Positions 48,779-64,000 of a DNA stretch of 64,000 nucleotides are shown here, in pieces. Positions within the stretch are counted from its first letter, which is position 1. Each line of letters starts with the position of its first letter. This DNA comes from the human T2T-CHM13v2.0 reference genome, Homo sapiens, in NCBI RefSeq assembly GCF_009914755.1, contig NC_060936.1; one strand, written 5' to 3'. The notes below the pieces were generated by a model, which was not told the DNA's origin, did no database searches, and was given only the letters and a program-made list of their open reading frames with translations. The position numbers were made by a program, and so were the translations under genes.

Positions 48779-50607
48779 GTACTTCTGCAACAACTCCCCA
48801 TTGACCCTGCTTTGTGTTTCTGTAGCACTAGCTGACCTCCTTCAGCCTGCGTTGGATTGTGGAGTGTGTCTATTTAGTTACTCCCTTCGGTGACTCTTAA
48901 ACCCATAAGTGACTCTCTCTTCATTTGGAGTCATGCCTTGCCCCATGAAGAGTGTCTAAGAGGTGAGCGCTTGGGGCAAGCCCAGGAGCATCCCGAGCTG
49001 TGAGTCAGAGAGATGTGCCTGATGGCAAGTGAGCGTCCCTGGCTAAACAGACTTTCAGTCCCTGCAGGGCTGATTCACATCCGGGACAAGCATTACATCT
49101 TATAGCTCTTCTACCCTGCACACCACTTGGGGAGCAGGAGGAATGGCCCTATTCCCTGAGAGGGGCGTCAGTTCCAAGGAGCCATCTTGCTGAGGCATGG
49201 CAGTGCCTCAGTGTCTTGCGTTGGACACAGCCTGCTTCCTGGCCAGGCCTCTGGTATGAGGATTCCCTCCCATCACCCTCTGCCCAGTTGATTGTCACAG
49301 CTTCACTGCTGCCCGCCATCACTCTTTCTTCCAGACTGACACTTATAGCCATTTAAAAATACCCAACACTGACTATATCCTGCACTTGAAGAAGTGATAG
49401 ATATATAACTCACTGGATTTTAAAGTCCTAAATTCTCCATAGTTCCATACTGACCAGCATCCATAGTTCCCCAGATTTCATGGAGAGGCAGGGGCAACCC
49501 AGGGGAGCAGAGGGTGGCATCCCTGCCTGGTGCCCTGGTTTTGCAGCCCACCTCTGCCACTTGCTGGGTGACCTTGAGCAATCACTTAGCCTCTGTTTCC
49601 TACTTAGAAAATGGGGATGACTGTGTTTCTTGCCTCATGGAAATGATGTGAGATTAAAGGACATGATGCATTTAGATGCCAAGAACGGTGCCTGGCACAC
49701 AGGAAGCACCCATTAGTCATTCACTGCTATGTTTCTCTTGTTTTTGTCATCAGTCTTCATGAGCTCACCAGGTGATGGGAGCCTCTGCTGCACCTCCTGA
49801 TCCTTTTCACTCCAACAGCTTCAATCACTTTGTTTTGCTGAATTTTTCAGAAATCTGCGTTTTTCCAGAAATTACTGCAAAATAATCTTCCTTCCTTCTG
49901 TATCCTAGCTGGATTACAAGCCTGTTAGAAACCAGGACTAGTTTCCTCCATGTTCTACAACCCTCCTTCTTATATGTGTATTCCATGAAGCTACCTAGAA
50001 AAAATGACACTTGTTCATCTCCTCTCCCTCTCAAGTCCTGTCTTTCCTCTGTCCCTCCCCTCTGGCTCAGTCCTGTTTGTCCTTAAAAGCTCAGCTCTGC
50101 CCTCAGCTTTTCCAGGTGCCTTCCCTGAACCTTTGAGCTAGACTCAGTGATGTCCTCTGCCCCTCCGAACCTCATGCACACTCCTGTCGCTGGGCTTGTT
50201 ACATTACAACGGAATGCCTCTTTGTGTATCTTTTCCCCCACCTCAGCTGTAAGGATCTTCAGAGAAGGAATTGGGTTTTGTCAGTTTTGTCTCCCCAGCA
50301 CATAACACAGTTCCTAACATGTAATAATACTAACAGCTAATTTCTGGTATCATTTACAAAATACCACATACCATATTAACTACTGTGCATGGATTAACTC
50401 ACAAATCCTCACAGCAGCCATTGATTATTATTCCCATCTCACAGAGGAGCAGCAGGATTCAGAGCCTTAAGGAATTTGCCCAGAGTTACACAGTTGGTAG
50501 GGGCAGAGCCAGGTGACAGGCAGTCTGACCCCTGTGCTGTGGACTCCAGTGTTATGTTGCACTCAGTATATGTCCGAGCCACATTTCTCTCTTTTTCTTT
50601 CTGTCAG

Positions 50608-50731
50608 AGCGTCATGATGCATTGTATGTGGTGGGAGCGCTGGATGAAACACTGGAGCTGAGAGGATTACGATACCACCCAATCGATATTGAGACCTCGG
50701 TGTCCCGGATCCACAGAAGCATTGCTGAATG
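50608..50731 (+). CDS. DIP2B: DIP2B exon (~37), ERHDALYVVGALDETLELRGLRYHPIDIETSVSRIHRSIAE
   Basis: tgtcag|AG..ATG|gtaact; 124 nt. Confidence 0.96.
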
Positions 50732-51482
50732 GTAACTCCCTCAGCATACACTGTGCTTCCCACTTCAGCTTTAGTCATAATCTCAACTGATCTAATTAAT
50801 TGGTCATTGGGACCACATACCTACCTTGAAACATAGAGCTCCATGGGAGGAGTAAGGAAATAGACTGATTCTTGTCTTGGGTGTGCAATCTGCTGTGGCC
50901 AACAAAGCCTATCCACAGGAGCCAGATGAGGCCATGAGGCCCCTGGGGAATACTCTGATACCTTCTGTGGAATGCTGGAACTGAGTCCTTTTTTAGTGAT
51001 AGACTCTCATAATGGGAAGGGACTAACAGATCATTGATCTCTTGAAAGTCAGCATAATATGGTGGAAAGAACCAGCTTAAAGGCTCTCCTCATCTGTAAA
51101 ACACTCTCTCTGCTACTTCCTAATTATCAGAAGCATCAAATGAGAATGTGCTTTGTAAACTATTAAATGGTAAGCAGATGAAAAGGGTAGTTGATATTAT
51201 CTCATCCAGTTTCCTGCTCTTTGCAGGAATTCCCCCTACATTTTCCCTGATAAAGGATCGTCCAACCACATATTGACTTAAAATCTGTAAAATTAAAACT
51301 GTGGTTTGGCCGGCCACAGTGGCTCACATCTATAATCCCAGAACTTTGGGAGGCCAAGGCGGGCGGATCGCTTAAGCCCAGGAATCCAAGACCATCCTGG
51401 GTAACATGGTAAAACCCCATCTCTACAAAAAAATTAAAAAAATAGCCAGGTGTGGTGGCATGCCTGTAGTCCCAGCTACTCA

Positions 51483-51584
<102 letters not shown>

Positions 51585-51614
51585 TCAAAAAAAAAAAAAA
51601 AAAAAAACCACCTC

Positions 51615-52160
<546 letters not shown>

Positions 52161-52226
52161 TTAGACATCTGGAAAGCATCCAGGGAAGCTGGGTGCTGTG
52201 GTTACTTTGTCATTTTAGACATTTGA

Positions 52227-52502
<276 letters not shown>

Positions 52503-52752
52503 TGATCCGCCCACCTCGGCCTCCCAAAGTGCTGGGATTACAGGCGTGAGCCACCGCACCCAACTGAAATCTGTTTTTAAAGCAATTTAGCCCTGCATAC
52601 CAAGTCAGGCCCTACCTTCTAACCCAGTAACACCACTCGGTGGAAAGTGGCTTATGGCTCTTTTATACAATAGGAGACACTTGCGTGGGGCACTAATAAC
52701 TCATGTGAGTCAGACAGACACTCTTCCTGTTGGGTTTAAGAATACTGCCTTA

Positions 52753-52875
52753 GGGTGGTCTGAAGGTAGTGAGTTAATTTAATTGATTGTTAATAGTCAA
52801 TTACAAATCAATCAAACTATTCGTTCTACTCTTTCCCTCTTTCTCACTACTGCACTTGACTAGTCTAAAAAACAA
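52753..52875 (+). pseudogene. Full-length Y1 RNA (RNY1-like) retropseudogene
   Basis: GGgTGGTCtGAAGGTAGTGAGTT...CTCACTACTGCACTTGACTAGTCT matches hY1 end to end; A-tail; degenerate TSD aagaatactgcctta (52738) / aagaatattttatta (52876). Confidence 0.9.
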
Positions 52876-53183
52876 AAGAATATTTTATTAGTCAAAGCTC
52901 TTATGGGGCAAATAACAGGCTCCCTTCAAAAAAGCTTAAGTGAAAGAATTAATGGAAAGAATACCTGGCTATCTCAGACATTCCAAAAAAACTAACTCTG
53001 GGTCTCAGGAAAGGTAGAAACAAGGGAATGGTAAGGCCATCAGGAATCACTGTCGCCTTACTTTCTAGAGCCATATGGGCATTCCCTTCTTTCTTTTTCG
53101 CCTCCCTGAAGAGGGATTCTCTCTGCTTCTCTGTGCCCTGGGCTACCCCAGAATATTCAAATCCATGTCACTGGTTCAAATGA

Positions 53184-53613
<430 letters not shown>

Positions 53614-53771
53614 TAAAATTGAAAGGTGTCATATATGGTAGACATGACTGCTGACGTTCTGGTTGGGATTGAGGGGAGAAGGCGGGGAAATGGGCTAAGT
53701 CTGGGACAGATGCTATAAAAGATAACTGAAAAATGTAGTGACAAGTTAATGAATTGTCATTGAAATTTCAG

Positions 53772-54024
53772 TGCCGTGTTCACATGGACCAACTTGCTTG
53801 TGGTGGTTGTGGAACTGTGCGGCTCTGAACAGGAAGCCCTAGATCTGGTCCCATTAGTGACCAACGTGGTCCTGGAAGAGCATTACCTCATCGTTGGCGT
53901 CGTGGTTGTGGTGGACCCAGGTGTCATCCCGATCAACTCCAGAGGAGAGAAGCAGAGGATGCACCTCCGTGATAGCTTCCTAGCTGACCAGTTAGACCCC
54001 ATCTACGTGGCTTATAACATGTAA
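53772..54024 (+). CDS. DIP2B: DIP2B last exon (~38), coding part, CAVFTWTNLL...DPIYVAYNM*
   Basis: tttcag|T; TAA at 54022-54024; C-terminus typical of the DIP2 family. Confidence 0.97.
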
Positions 54025-56113
54025 CCAGCCTTGTGGGGACTGCAGTGGGCCATTCTGAAGAATCACAAAGACAGAAGACCTCTGGCTACGAGCAGGCTTC
54101 AAACGATGTGAAATAAGCTGAGATGGCTACATGATATTCTTCATCTCATCCTGTGGGATTCTGCAATCATAAAACACAGGAAAGGGGAATTCTGTGATGG
54201 CAAATGAAAAAAATGTTAACATTTGGTAGACATGTGCTTTGACATAGCGTGAGCAGCACATTATTAAAGCAATTACATGCATGTTGCATTTTTTTCATCT
54301 GTTGTACATAGTTGTATTTTTATCTAATGCCATTTTAGAATTTTCTAAGGGAATTTAATGAATTCACATGAAAGGGGTAGTCTGAGTGACACAGTTCCCC
54401 ACTCCGTACTGTATTTTGCCATTCTGCCGTAGCTAGATGTTCTGTGGGGTTTGTTAACATGGAACTACTCAGCTTTCTTTCAGTCAACCCATAAGCAAAT
54501 CAGATAACCCACTGACTATGAGAATTACTTTATATAGATAATTCTTGACTGTAAAACATTTTGACCAGTGTTTTACAACATGTACATAAGAATACACATA
54601 ATTCAACTAGAGATTTGAAGAATTGGCTTGTATAGTTATAACAACCACAGTAGAAACATTTCTACTTTGAGAGAATTTCAATATTCTCTTAATGTTGTGT
54701 AATTGATTAGGTAACTAAAAAGCGCAAATTGTTGGCAGGTTTTGCTGCACATTGTTCTATGTCTTTGTTGGCTGGTGTATTTTATAAACTAAAGCTGCCT
54801 ATGTTTCTTTTTAAAGCTCGCATTCCCAGAATCAGCTTAGGCTTCTATGAATTCAGCCTGTTTCTAAAAGCTGAAAATCTCAGTTTAAAAATCAAAATGT
54901 TAACACAAAGCTAAGATTCATCAGAGCCCACCCTATTCTAAGGAACCACAATAACTTACTCTGGCCCCAGTGTTAAAACGATCTTTCAGATTTAGAGTGA
55001 CTATGTAAGAATTTAGGATTTCCTCTTTTCCAGGCACATTGTAAACTGTGTCTACAGTTTATCCATATAACTTCTCTTCTGAAAACTGAGGAGTGTCCTC
55101 TGTTCTTCCAGTTCACGAGGGCAGGGGGTTTAAAACAAGAATGATAGGCCAGGAAGGCAGTGGGGATCCACCATCACATGGAACTGTAAGGCCATATAAC
55201 TACACAAAACTGACCAATCTGGGTTGCCAAAGCAGCCAGGCTTATGCTGAAACCGGGGAAGTCTGACATATGCAGGAAACTCTTTTGAAATAACTTTGGT
55301 GCCCAGGCCAAGTAGAATGAGATGAGACTGAGTTTGGCCTCTGGCTCGGTTTCCTTTCTTTGGTCTGATACTTCATGTATTTGAATATAGTTAAATCGTA
55401 TTATTTTTTTCTTAACAGAAATATTTTTAAAAATGAAAAAGTACTCAAAAGTGAGAAGAGTTAACTTGTCAAAGCAGAATGGTTCTCTTTGACCCACTCT
55501 GGTCTATTGTGTAAATATTTATTTAGACTATTTTAATAATACATATTATTTACCCCACTGTAACATCATGTAAACTAAGTATGTTTTTAAACAATTTTTA
55601 AGACTTGTAATTACCCTGAAAATAAGGTTTATAATGCAAAGACCAGCTCCTTTGCGGTGGCAGTGCTCTAGGGCTGCCATTACACGGTCTTGTGATGTGA
55701 CTAAAAGCCACTTTGTGACTCCCTTCATGTAATCCTCTTTTCCTCCCCACTCCTCCACAGAGGGCAGAGCTCAGGACATTTGCCAGTTCCAGATCTCTTT
55801 TTCAGCATTTTGATGGAATTAATTTACACGTAATGAGGGAAGTCCTAGGATGGATAGAAAAAAAGCACTTACATTGGGGCACACAGGAAATCCCAGTGTC
55901 TAGCAATGGTTTGGTTTGCAGAGAACACAGCCTGATACTTAATTTTCTTAAAACTATTTTTAATGATCCACTAAACAAAGCAGGGGATCCTGAAGCTGAT
56001 ATAAATAAGTCTAGCTCTATAATCCCCAAGTTCTAAAAGTTATGGTTAGATGCTATTCTGTGGGTTGCTTTGATAATTCTTACTAACACAGATTAGGGTA
56101 TAGGCATCTAGAG

Positions 56114-56427
56114 ATGCACTGTCCACTGTAAATACTATAATGAGAGCCACATCTGTAATTTAAATGTTTCTAGTAACCACATTTTTTTAAAAGTAAAAAG
56201 AAACCCATGGTATTGATTTAAATATATTTTATTTAACCCAATAGCTCAAAAACACTATCATTTCAACATAGGATCAATATAAAAATTATTAATGAGTTAT
56301 TTTACTTTTTTTCATATTAGGCCTTTGAAATTCAGTGTGTATTAAACACATCTCAATTCAAACCATCACCATATTTCAAGTCTTTGTAGCCAAATGTGAC
56401 TAGTGGCTACCATATTAGACAGTGCAG
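56114..56427. mobile_element. MER33-like hAT-Charlie element inside the 3'UTR
   Basis: TIRs tgcactgtcca / tagacagtgca; 8-bp TSD atctagag / atctatac (nTCTAGAn type); MER33-like AT-rich body. Confidence 0.8.
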
Positions 56428-57823
56428 ATCTATACTCATTCCTTCAAATACATTACTCTGTTAATCTCAAAGTGTGGCCAACTCCCATTTACTTAGAGGC
56501 TGATTATCTAGTTTTGTAGTTCCTCAGGCCTCTAATTTATTTTTTGCTTTCTGCTTTATTGATCTTTTGCATGTCCCCCAAAGCCAGAATCTGCTCATGG
56601 AGGAAGGAAGGCTAAGAACTGTCCTTGAGGAACTTCATCAGTAACTCTGGTAAAGCATCCTGTGGAGGGAGAGGAGAGCCCAGTCATTTGCTTAGATGGT
56701 GTTTGTGGGATCACCTGCAGATTTAAAGCCTACTCTGCCACAGACTCGAGTAAGAAAATGTTCTCTTGATGACACAGTGCTCCTACTCTATCCACATTAA
56801 GTAGCACTTTTGTGGTAGAACTGATTCTTAAGGCAGGCCTGAAAGGCCATTACTAATAGAAACACAGCCTTTCCAATCCTCTGGAACATATTCTGTCTGG
56901 GTTTTTAATGTCTGTGGAAAAAAACTAAACAAGTCTCTGTCTCAGTTAAGAGAAATCTATTGGTCTGAAGGTTTCTGAACCTCTTTCTGGTTCTCAGCAG
57001 AAGTAACTGAAGTAGATCAGGAAGGGGCTGCCTCAGGAAAATTCCTAGATCCTAGGAATTCAGTGAGACCCTGGGAAGGACCAGCATGCTAATCAGTGTC
57101 AGTGAATCCACAGTCTTTACTTCCTGCCTCATAAAGGGCCAGGTCTCCCCAGTACCAAGTCCTTTCCTCATGAAGTTGTGTTGCCTCAGGCTGTTTAGGG
57201 ACCATTGCCTGTCTTGGTCACATGAGTCTGTCTCCTTACTTTAGTCCCTGGGCAATCCTTGCTTAATGCTTTTGTTGACTCAACGAGGGCCCGAGGCCTT
57301 AGGTTTTCTATTAAGGTCTCTGCCCCAGGCATGGTGCTCTATATCTTGGCCAAATAAATTACTTTCCTTGAATATCCAGGAATCTTTTAGTCTAAAGCAA
57401 TGAGGAGTTATCACCTCATCCTCAAACTCCAACAAGATCTATGCCTTAGTGTTGTTTTTGTTGTCTGCTTTGATGTAAAAGCAAGAGTATTTGGAGCAAG
57501 AAGCTGCAATGCGCCAAATACACAATAGGCCTTTTCTTTATCATTCATACGACATTTCTGGTTTAGGTGTATGTAGTTGGGCCATGTTACTTGTCCAGAG
57601 GAAGAGACTAAAGATATAAGAATAATTTTTTAGTCCTAAATGCTGTTTTGTTTACTTTCTGTCAAGATATTTACCCGTGTCAAATTCAAACTACAGTACT
57701 GTGTAATTATGTATAAAGTTTTTTTATTTATTTGAAGTTAGACTAGATATACGTTTTTAAATTTAACATCTGGCTGGACAGTGTTCTATTAACTCATTGA
57801 ATGTGTTTCCTTTGTCTTGTGTT

Positions 57824-57829
57824 AATAAA
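57824..57829 (+). terminator. Probable distal poly(A) signal AATAAA (a second AATAAA lies at 57353-57358)
   Basis: Canonical hexamer with upstream TGTA/U-rich elements and downstream TTCTGTTT. Confidence 0.75.
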
Positions 57830-58878
57830 TATTGATGCCTGATTCTGTTTAATCCTTCACACATTGGGTGGAGGCTAGGGAATTGATAGATTTTAAATTT
57901 AACTTTAGATGGTAAGACCCAGTGATAGCTGGGGTAGTCTAAGGAAAGTGAACACAGAGATCCAGAGTCAGTGCTATTAAAGGATACTAGGTCAGGGAAT
58001 CAGGGTGTCACTTTGAAAACTAAGGAGCCTGTTGTCAGGACTCTTCAAGGTAATAATTATAGTTTAGTCTTCCTCCCACTCATGTAGCATTTGGTAGTTG
58101 TATTTTCTTTTTTAATTTTTTGAGACAGAGTCTCACTCTGTCACCCAGGCTGGAGTGCAGTGGCACAATCTCAGCTCACTGCAGCCTCCGCCTCCTGGGT
58201 TCAAGCGATTCTCCCAAAGTAATCCCCAGTAGCTGAGATTACAGGCATGCGCCAACATGCCTAGCTAATTTTTATATTTTTAGTAGAGACAGGGTTTCAT
58301 CATGTTGGCCAGGCTGGTCTCAAACTCCTGACCTCAAGTGATCTGCCCTTCTCAGCCTCCCAAAGTGCTGGGATTACAGGCGTGACCCACCATGCCTGGC
58401 CTAAATTTGAATTTTTTCTAATCTGTAATTAGGCTGGATTTTAGCTTTTCCTAAAATGAGATTTCATTTGCTCTTCCAATTCCTGGTTTCAAGAAACTTG
58501 GTGGGAGCCCATCAAATTGTGCATGTTTTCAGACACCGAAAGTGGTCCTTGAATTATTTCATTGATCCAGACTACTCTGGCAGCTGAGAACATTTTTTCA
58601 TGTCACAGCACTGTGATAAGAGCTGAAGCCAGAGAGAAAAAAATATCAAGTCACTGCTCTCAAGGAGATATAGGATAACAATCACAATACAATACAAGGG
58701 TTAAGAGCAGACATGCATTGTGAGAGCAGGCAGGCAAGGCACATAGTCTGATGGTAAGGGAGGATAGTGAGGAGTAGGGAACCTCTGACCTGGGTTTCAG
58801 AGGATAAGACAGCCAGATAAGATAGTGAGCAGGAAGGCAGAGTCGCATATTCTGGGAACTAGAATTCATTATTGGGAT

Positions 58879-59283
58879 TACTGTGGTTTGAATGTATGTG
58901 TCTGCCCAAAATTCATGTTAGAAGTTAAGACCCAATGTGATAGTTTTAAGAGGTGGGGCCTTTTGGGAAGTGATCAAGTTACGAGAGCTGTGCCCTGGTG
59001 AATGGATTAGTGCCCTTGTAAAAGTACTAGAGAGAACTGGTGAGGCCCTTTTGCCTTTCTGTCCCTCCTCCCATGCGAGGACATGGTGTTCGTCCACTCC
59101 AGAAGAAGCAGCATTTAAGGTACCATTTTGGAAGTAGAGACCAGGCCCTCACCAGACACTGAAACTGTCAGCACCTTAATCTTGGACTTCCCAGCCTCCA
59201 TAACCATGAGCAGTAAATTTAAGCTGTTTATAAATTATCCAGGCTTAGGTATTTTGTTGTAGCAACACAAAAGGACTAAGATA
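58879..59283 (+). mobile_element. MaLR solo LTR (MST/MLT1A-like)
   Basis: TACTGTGGTTTGAATGT...GGACTAAGATA; 5-bp TSD gggat/aggat. Confidence 0.85.
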
Positions 59284-59746
59284 AGGATACAAGGTTTGAG
59301 GGGAGAAAAGTAAAAGATAATTATGGAGGCTTGAGCCAGGGACAGATCACTGACGGTCTTGTATATCATGCTAAGAATTTTGGACTTTTATCAAAGGGGC
59401 AAAGGAGAGTTAGTGAGGGATTTAAAGCAGGGGGATAACATGCTCAGATTCACAATGTAGAAGATTATTCTGGCAGTCATATAGAAAATAAATTGGGGCT
59501 GGGCATGGTGGCTCGCGCCTGTGATCCCAGTACTTTGGGAAGCTAAGGCGGAAGATCTCTTGAGCCCAGGAGTTCAGGGCTACAATGAGTTACAACTGCG
59601 CCACGGCACTCCAGGCTGGGTGACAGAGCAAGACCCTGTCTCTGAAGAAAAAGAAAAAGAAAAAAATAGATAGGAATAGATAGGGAAAAGGAGATAAAAC
59701 TGGAAAGACTAGTTGGGAGACCTTTGCAGTAACCACAGTGATAGAG

Positions 59747-60587
<841 letters not shown>

Positions 60588-61000
60588 TTAGGTGGATGTG
60601 GGGCCATTTACCAAGGCAGGGGAGAAAACAGGAGGAATAGATTTGGGAAAGAAGACACTGTGTTCCATATTGGTCATGTTCCTTTGAGGTGCTGTGGAAC
60701 ATGCAGGAGAAGAGGTCCAACAGACAGCTGAATACTGAGGTATTTGCCTCAGGAGAGCTCTGGCCTAAAACTGTAGATTTAGGAGACAACATTTCAAAGT
60801 GGATGATACTGTCAAGGAAGAACATGTAGAGTGAGAAAAAGATCAGAGTCATGGCAAACAACAGCATTTAAAGGTTCGTGAGGGCCGGGCACAATGGCTC
60901 ATGCCTGTAATCCCAGCACTTTGGGAGGGCGAGGCGGGCGGATCACCTGAGATCAGGAGTTCAAGACCAGCCTGGCCAACATGGTGAAACCCAGTCTCTA

Positions 61001-61192
<192 letters not shown>

Positions 61193-63051
61193 TCAACAAC
61201 CCAAAGGCCACAACAAAGCTGAGTAGAACAGGGATTGGATGGCATCTGCTGGACCTGTCAACAAGGGAGTCCCTGGTAGCGTTGATGAGAGAGTTTTAGT
61301 GCAGCTGTATGGGCAGAAGCCTGAAAACTGGTTCAGGAGAGAACTGCTGGGAGGTGAGACTGAACAGAGGCCCCTCTCCAGAGGCTTTATCTGCAACTGC
61401 ACGTAGGAAGGAGAAAGAGGGGACAGTAGTTAGAAGAAGGATGTAAAATCAAGGGGGGTCTGTTTTGAATATGGAAGAAATAAACATGTCGGAGAAAAAG
61501 CCAGAATAGAGGGAAAGTTTCTAAATATAGCAGTAAGGGACAACTGACAAAGCAAGGTCACTGTCACTGAGGAAGCTGGAGCGGACGGACTCCAGTGAGC
61601 AGGTGGAAGGATTGGCAGCAAGGGAGGAAGCACACTTTTTCAAATAAAACTGAGTATGAGCAAGATCCTAATAGAAGTTGCTATTAATAAAAGTCTACCT
61701 GATGACCTCATTCACTTCTCTGAATCTCCATTCTCAGTCTCCAAAGATGAACACTCATTTCTGAGATCATTTCTATAAATAAATAACTCCCATGGTCAGA
61801 CAGACCTGACAAAGCAGAACATAGACTCTGGAAATGATGGTGGTTACTAAAGAAGCAGGTAAGAGGGAGTTCATAGTGCATGCATTAAAGAACAAACAAA
61901 ATGAATTAGTTGTATTCAATTTCAGAATCTAGGAAAAGAATAAAACCCACTAAGAAAGTTGAAAGAAGGAAATAACAAAGACAAAAGCAGACATTAATAA
62001 AAAAGGAAGAAAACAGAAAACAGAAAAAGGTTCAACAGAACCAGAAACTGATTTCTTACAACTATTCTAATCACAGTAAAATCCATTTAACAAAAGGCAT
62101 GCGCACATGTACACAAAAAGTAGGAAACACAAAAGGGAACATAACTACAGATACAGCCCTTGGGCTTCTATTTCAAGGGATTATTTTTTCAGTAAATTTC
62201 CGTTTTAAATGGATAATTTTCTAAAAATTATGTAACTTTGAAAATTCACTCAAGAAATAGAAAATCTGAATTTCACCACACTCACAAAGCAAATAAAAAT
62301 CCTATTTTCATATATAAAAGAAAAAGCCATCCAACTAATCTTACCAACTTAGTATAAGGCAGATACCAAAGTCACACTAAGGCAGTTTTTAAAAATTCTA
62401 AATCAATCTCACTTGAGAAAAGACACAAAATGATAAAGTCTAGGCCAGGCATGGTGGCTCACACCTATACTCTTCAGGCCAAGGTAGGAGGATGGCTTGA
62501 TACCAGGAGTTGGAGACAAGGCTGGGGAACTTAACGGGACCCTATCTCTAAGAAAAAAAAATTAAAAATAGCTGGGCATGATAGCACGCGTCTGTGATCC
62601 CAGCTACTTAGGAGACTAAGGCGGAGGATCACTTGAGCCCAGGAGTTTGAGGCTGCAGTGAGCCATGATTGTGCAACTGTACTCCAGCCTGGGCAGCAGA
62701 ATGAGATCCTGTCTCATAAAAATAAAAATCTCAGTGTTTCAGTGATTTATTGCTGTGTAACAAACCACCCCAACTTAGTGGCATAAACCACAGCTGAGTA
62801 GAAAGTGATATAAAGTGAGCATCCTCCTCACAGTCTTGACTTTTCTAGTAGTGCTTCTGAAGTATCACCATTGTGTATTCTTCTTACTATATGTTGTTGA
62901 TAGATGTGCTTTGTCAGTTAAAGAATTCTAGGCCAGGTGCAGTGGCTCACGCCTGTAATCCCAACACTTCAGGAGGCCAAGGTGGGCGGATCACCTGAGG
63001 TCAGGAGTTTGAGACCGGCCTGGCCAACACAGTGAAACCCCATCTCTACTA

Positions 63052-63555
<504 letters not shown>

Positions 63556-63558
63556 TCA

Positions 63559-63861
<303 letters not shown>

Positions 63862-64000
63862 TCATTAGTGTTGAAGTTTATCTTTTCCTCCCCACTGGGT
63901 CTATGAGAGGATCACATAGTTTTTTCCTTTAAGCTGTTAAGATGTATTATATAAATAGATTTTACTAATTTTTTAACATATCTGTAGCAGCCAGAGATGA

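Larger units (their letters stand above)
54025..57850 (+). other. DIP2B: DIP2B 3'UTR (~3.8 kb; 3' end approximate)
   Basis: Alu-free AU-rich sequence from the stop codon to AATAAA at 57824. Confidence 0.8.

Noticed and set aside
54022-54030. Stop-codon readthrough
   Set aside because: The stop is TAA followed by CCAG, not the TGA-CTAG leaky context

Overview
Primate (human or close great-ape) genomic DNA containing the 3' two-thirds of DIP2B (disco-interacting protein 2 homolog B) on the + strand. I reconstructed 26 GT-AG coding exons (245-54024) by hand. They splice in frame to 3180 nt (1059 aa + stop), covering most of the first and all of the second adenylate-forming (FAAL-like/AMP-binding) domain and ending ...DPIYVAYNM*. 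A ~3.8 kb 3'UTR follows (AATAAA at 57824), then repeat-rich intergenic DNA. Exon numbers 13-38 assume the 38-exon model as I recall it. Introns hold roughly 60 Alu copies or fragments plus MIR, L1, L2, L3/CR1, MaLR LTR and hAT relics and a Y1 RNA retrocopy. Most non-exonic ORFs in the supplied track are repeat-derived or chance ORFs. I found no evidence of a new multi-gene system. The most unusual structures are: (1) a 171-bp, ~95% identical non-Alu inverted duplication of an ancient L3-like fragment (31004-32126); (2) a second L3-associated palindrome split by an Alu, leaving a pre-miRNA-sized hairpin (51759-52179); (3) an inverted Alu pair sharing private mutations (28754-29422); (4) a candidate in-frame micro/cassette exon (46089-46151). 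Repeat family names come from recognition by eye and need RepeatMasker/Dfam confirmation; repeat boundaries are approximate.
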